In this document: positions 31,757 through 35,379 of the stretch, in pieces
Position numbering within the stretch: the first letter of the stretch is position 1
How the letters are laid out: each line of letters begins with the position of its first letter
NCBI GenBank assembly: GCA_010356995.1
Contig: ML996692.1
Span: forward strand, 1,368,205 to 1,403,583
Length of the DNA stretch: 35,379 nt
Direction of reading: 5' to 3'
Origin: Trichodelitschia bisporula
Taxonomy: Eukaryota
The notes under the pieces: generated by a model
Told to the model about the DNA's origin: nothing
What the model saw: the letters and a program-made list of their open reading frames with translations, nothing else
Database searches by the model: none
Made by a program: the position numbers and the translations under genes

Positions 31757-34700
31757 ATGCCGTTTTCACTCCCATTTGTGGTGCAGTTGTATTCACTGTA
31801 TCTGAGCTCTTTCCACCATTGCTTTTGGTCCTCACCAACCGTGTTCAAGAGAAAATTTCGGAACATACTAAGGCCTAAACCTGGCAAGAAACGCGATGAA
31901 GCCGGTGACGGGACCAAGTCTGGCGCAGCTGATAATCATGTCGCACTCCGTCCCTCCGTCGGCCAGCCCTCCACCGAGCCCAGCGAGCAACGCGTGCCAC
32001 GATCATCGTCGAGTCCCGGCCCCACAGGCCGCGAGACGGTTGTTCCCACATCGCTACCAAACTTGCGCACCCTAACCCTCGTCGCGGCGCCAAGCGGTTC
32101 TCCCGCTGTGGATATCATATTCGTTCACGGACTCGGCGGTTCAAGCCATGCAACCTGGGCCAAAGACGGCACACCGGAGCTCTTCTGGCCAGGTGAATGG
32201 CTTCCGAAAGAGCGTGGCATGGAAAAGGCCAGGATTTTCACCTTTGGATACAACGCGGATTGGCTGTCGACCGAAGCCAACAACCAGACTATTGGGAATT
32301 TCGCCATGGACCTACTGGCCTTGATGGCTCGTAGCCGAAATAATGATACAGGCGAAAGCCACGAAATCGGAGCCATGCCTATTCTGTTTGTTGCCCACTC
32401 AATGGGAGGGTTGGTCGTGAAAAAAGCATACATCGATGCCCTAAATGCCCAAAGCAACCCAAAATACCTCCGAATCGGCTCCTCCGTCAATGCTGTGATC
32501 TTTCTGTCGACCCCCCATATCGGCTCTGACGCGGCCCCATTGCTCGGAAAGCTCATTTCAGTGTCAGTCGTCCTTTCAGACACCCAGTTTAGGCACAGTC
32601 TGGAACGAAATTCGGAGACCTTGGAAACCATTAACGAAGGTTTCCGCCACCACACGGGCAAGCTTTTTCTTGCGTCCTTCTGGGAGACTTTGGAGACCCC
32701 CTTATTCGCCCAACTGAGCCACAAGTTTCCGGGCAAGGTTCAGGTCGTGGACAAAGGCTCGGCTAGACTTATGTGTACCGGGGAAATGTACATGTCCTTG
32801 CAGGCCGATCATCATGNNNNNNNNNNNNNNNNNNNNNNNNNNNNNNNNNNNNNNNNNNNNNNNNNNNNNNNNNNNNNNNNNNNNNNNNNNNNNNNNNNNN
32901 NNNNNNNNNNNNNNNNNNNNNNNNNNNNNNNNNNNNNNNNNNNNNNNNNNNNNNNNNNNNNNNNNNNNNNNNNNNNNNNNNNNNNNNNNNNNNNNNNNNN
33001 NNNNNNNNNNNNNNNNNNNNNNNNNNNNNNNNNNNNNNNNNNNNNNNNNNNNNNNNNNNNNNNNNNNNNNNNNNNNNNNNNNNNNNNNNNNNNNNNNNNN
33101 NNNNNNNNNNNNNNNNNNNNNNNNNNNNNNNNNNNNNNNNNNNNNNNNNNNNNNNNNNNNNNNNNNNNNNNNNNNNNNNNNNNNNNNNNNNNNNNNNNNN
33201 NNNNNNNNNNNNNNNNNNNNNNNNNNNNNNNNNNNNNNNNNNNNNNNNNNNNNNNNNNNNNNNNNNNNNNNNNNNNNNNNNNNNNNNNNNNNNNNNNNNN
33301 NNNNNNNNNNNNNNNNNNNNNNNNNNNNNNNNNNNNNNNNNNNNNNNNNNNNNNNNNNNNNNNNNNNNNNNNNNNNNNNNNNNNNNNNNNNNNNNNNNNN
33401 NNNNNNNNNNNNNNNNNNNNNNNNNNNNNNNNNNNNNNNNNNNNNNNNNNNNNNNNNNNNNNNNNNNNNNNNNNNNNNNNNNNNNNNNNNNNNNNNNNNN
33501 NNNNNNNNNNNNNNNNNNNNNNNNNNNNNNNNNNNNNNNNNNNNNNNNNNNNNNNNNNNNNNNNNNNNNNNNNNNNNNNNNNNNNNNNNNNNNNNNNNNN
33601 NNNNNNNNNNNNNNNNNNNNNNNNNNNNNNNNNNNNNNNNNNNNNNNNNNNNNNNNNNNNNNNNNNNNNNNNNNNNNNNNNNNNNNCCTTCGATCACGGA
33701 CGAGCTCTTGACTGAACTGGCATTCCTCCCTTTGGCGATCGCACAAGCAGCAGCCTACCTCAACAGAAACAAGCTGTCGATCTCCAGATATTTGCACCTC
33801 CTGAGGAATACCGACCAAGATATGTCCAATCTCATGAGCGCCGAGTTCCTCGACCTCACACGACCCCGGGGCGCTCCAAACGCCATTGCAAACACATGGA
33901 TTGTGTCGTTCGAGCACATTCGCCTGACGGATCAAACAGCTGCCGACCTCCTTGCCTTCGTGTCTTACATCGAGCCAAAGGCGATACCTCGGTCGATCTT
34001 GCCCCTAGTGCCGCCCGAAGAACAACTGGTGAGGGCCATTGGTACCCTTCTTGGATACGCTTTCTTCACCAAACGGGACTACAACACGTACGACATGCAC
34101 AGACTCGTGCAAAAGGCGACCAAGATTTGGCTTGACAAGCATCCCCTGGTGAAAGAAGAGGCGAGGAAAGAGGCGGTGGAGCACCTTGCGGATGTATTTC
34201 CAAATGCTGAGATCAACTACGACAACATGCCGATGTGTCGAGAATACCTGCCCCACGCATTGAAAATTGCTCAATCTGCTCAGGGCGAAGACTTGGCCAG
34301 CCATTACACCCTATGCAAGCTGCTTGGGCACTTCTTTATGTGGGATAGGAGACTGCGGGAGTGTATATACTGGTATGAGCAAGTTTTCAAATGGAGAAAA
34401 GAAAATTCCGGAGAAGATGATGCAGCAACTCTTGATTCGGAGCATTACCTGGCCAGCGCATACCTTGAAGACGGGCGAATAGGCGAGGCGCTCGAGCTAC
34501 TCAAACACGTCGTTGCAATCCAATCGCAAGTACTGCGGGAAGATCATTCANNNNNNNNNNTCGAGCTACTCAAACACGTCGTTGCAATCCAATCGCAAGT
34601 ACTGCGGGAAGATCATTCACACCGTCTAGAATCGGAGCACGAACTCGCGAGTGCATACCTTGAAGACGGGCGAATAGGTGAGGCGATCGACCTATTCGAG

Positions 34701-35231
34701 CGCATCGTTGCAATCGAATCGAGAATGCTACGGGAAGATCATTCAGACCGTCTATCATCGCAGCACGAACTCGCGAGCGCATACCTTGCAGACGGGCGAA
34801 TAGGCGAGGCGATCGAACTATTCGAGCGCGTTGTTGCAATCCGATCGAAAGTGCTACGGGAAGATCATTCAGACCGTCTATCATCGCAGCACGAACTCTC
34901 GAGGGCATACCGTGCAGACGGGCGAATAGGCGAGGCGATCGAGCTATTCGAGCGCGTCGTTGCAATCCGATCGAAAGTGCTACGGGAAGATCATCCAGAC
35001 CGTCTAGGATCGCAGCACCAACTCGCGATTGCATACTTCAAGGAGGGCCGGGTTGACGAAGCGATCGAATTGATGGAGCACGTTGTCTCGATACGACGAA
35101 CGTCCCCTCGAAGCGGTCACCATGATCGAGAGCGGTCAGAAGCGTGGCTCGCCCATATGCGCTCAGGAGCCGACATCACTACAGAGCCTCCATGGTACGT
35201 AGCTACTCCGCAACGCTACACCATCAGCTAA
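31757..35231 (+). CDS. Fungal NLR: SesB-like alpha/beta-hydrolase (lipase) effector + NB-ARC + TPR repeats; interrupted by N gaps, start uncertain (possible ATG 31705 with intron 31708-31849)
   Basis: IIFVHGLGG, FWPGEWLP, ARIFTFGYNA, nucleophile elbow VAHSMGG, VIFLSTPH and LQADH before the gap. NB-ARC tail motifs LPLAIAQAAAY and DMHRLVQ after the gap, then 42-aa TPRs. That both sides belong to one gene is inferred across the gap. Confidence 0.85.
32817..33687. other. Assembly gap (871 N)
   Basis: Run of N covering the expected P-loop NTPase core. Confidence 0.99.
34407..35105 (+). repeat. 126-bp (42-aa) TPR tandem array with high internal identity, at least 5 units, with a 10-N gap at 34551-34560
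   Basis: LREDH units start at 34602, 34728, 34854 and 34980 (exact 126-nt spacing). Consensus LREDHSDRLSSQHELASAYLADGRIGEAIELFERVVAIRSKV. Confidence 0.95.
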
Positions 35232-35379
35232 TCCGCAGCAGGCACGATGAGATGTCGTTTTCGTCCTCGTCCCTGATCACGTTCTCGCCGTCGCCGTCGC
35301 CGTCTCCCGCGTCCCCGCCCTCTCCGCCCCCTCTCCGCCTTGACAAAGGTACATTCCCCCTCTCCGCCTTGATGAAGGT

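Noticed and set aside
31676..32070. Amyloid signalling motif (HRAM/PP/sigma) at the NLR N-terminus
   Set aside because: The N-terminus is Pro/Ser/basic rather than G/N/Q pseudo-repeat, and the receptor already has a fused effector domain.
32702..33935. ORFs spanning the N run, and the frame difference across it
   Set aside because: Artefacts of the gap. The gap length is an estimate, so no frameshift can be inferred.
34407..35105. CRISPR-like reading of the periodic repeats
   Set aside because: Eukaryotic coding tandem repeats without unique spacers.
35224..35379. Possible 3' end of a convergent minus-strand gene and a short cccctctccgccttga duplication
   Set aside because: Truncated by the window edge and low-complexity; cannot be supported.

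Overview
Gene-dense, GC-rich DNA from a filamentous ascomycete (Pezizomycotina-like), with very short GT-AG introns of 42-54 nt. Positions 1-29461 are mostly housekeeping genes: a class V myosin-motor chitin synthase (5'-truncated), an orphan ~1060-aa protein, a TatD/Scn1-like nuclease, a small membrane protein, an intron-containing tRNA-Gly(GCC), a GST, an Mme1-like mitochondrial carrier, a doubly frameshifted Zn2Cys6 transcription factor, Pep7/Vac1, pirin, a HET-C2/GLTP glycolipid transfer protein, an Imp2-like peptidase and the P5A-ATPase Spf1. After ~29500 the sequence becomes less GC-rich and looks accessory. It carries short tandem repeats, a possibly decayed gene, and a fungal NLR (alpha/beta-hydrolase, NB-ARC mostly hidden in an N gap, highly conserved 42-aa TPR repeats). 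The most striking unexplained signal is a ~385-nt intergenic segment (24210-24594). By manual inspection it folds into a closed, multibranched, pseudoknotted RNA that lacks the signature motifs of the standard fungal ncRNAs. All gene models and base pairings were read by eye; no searches or folding programs were run.
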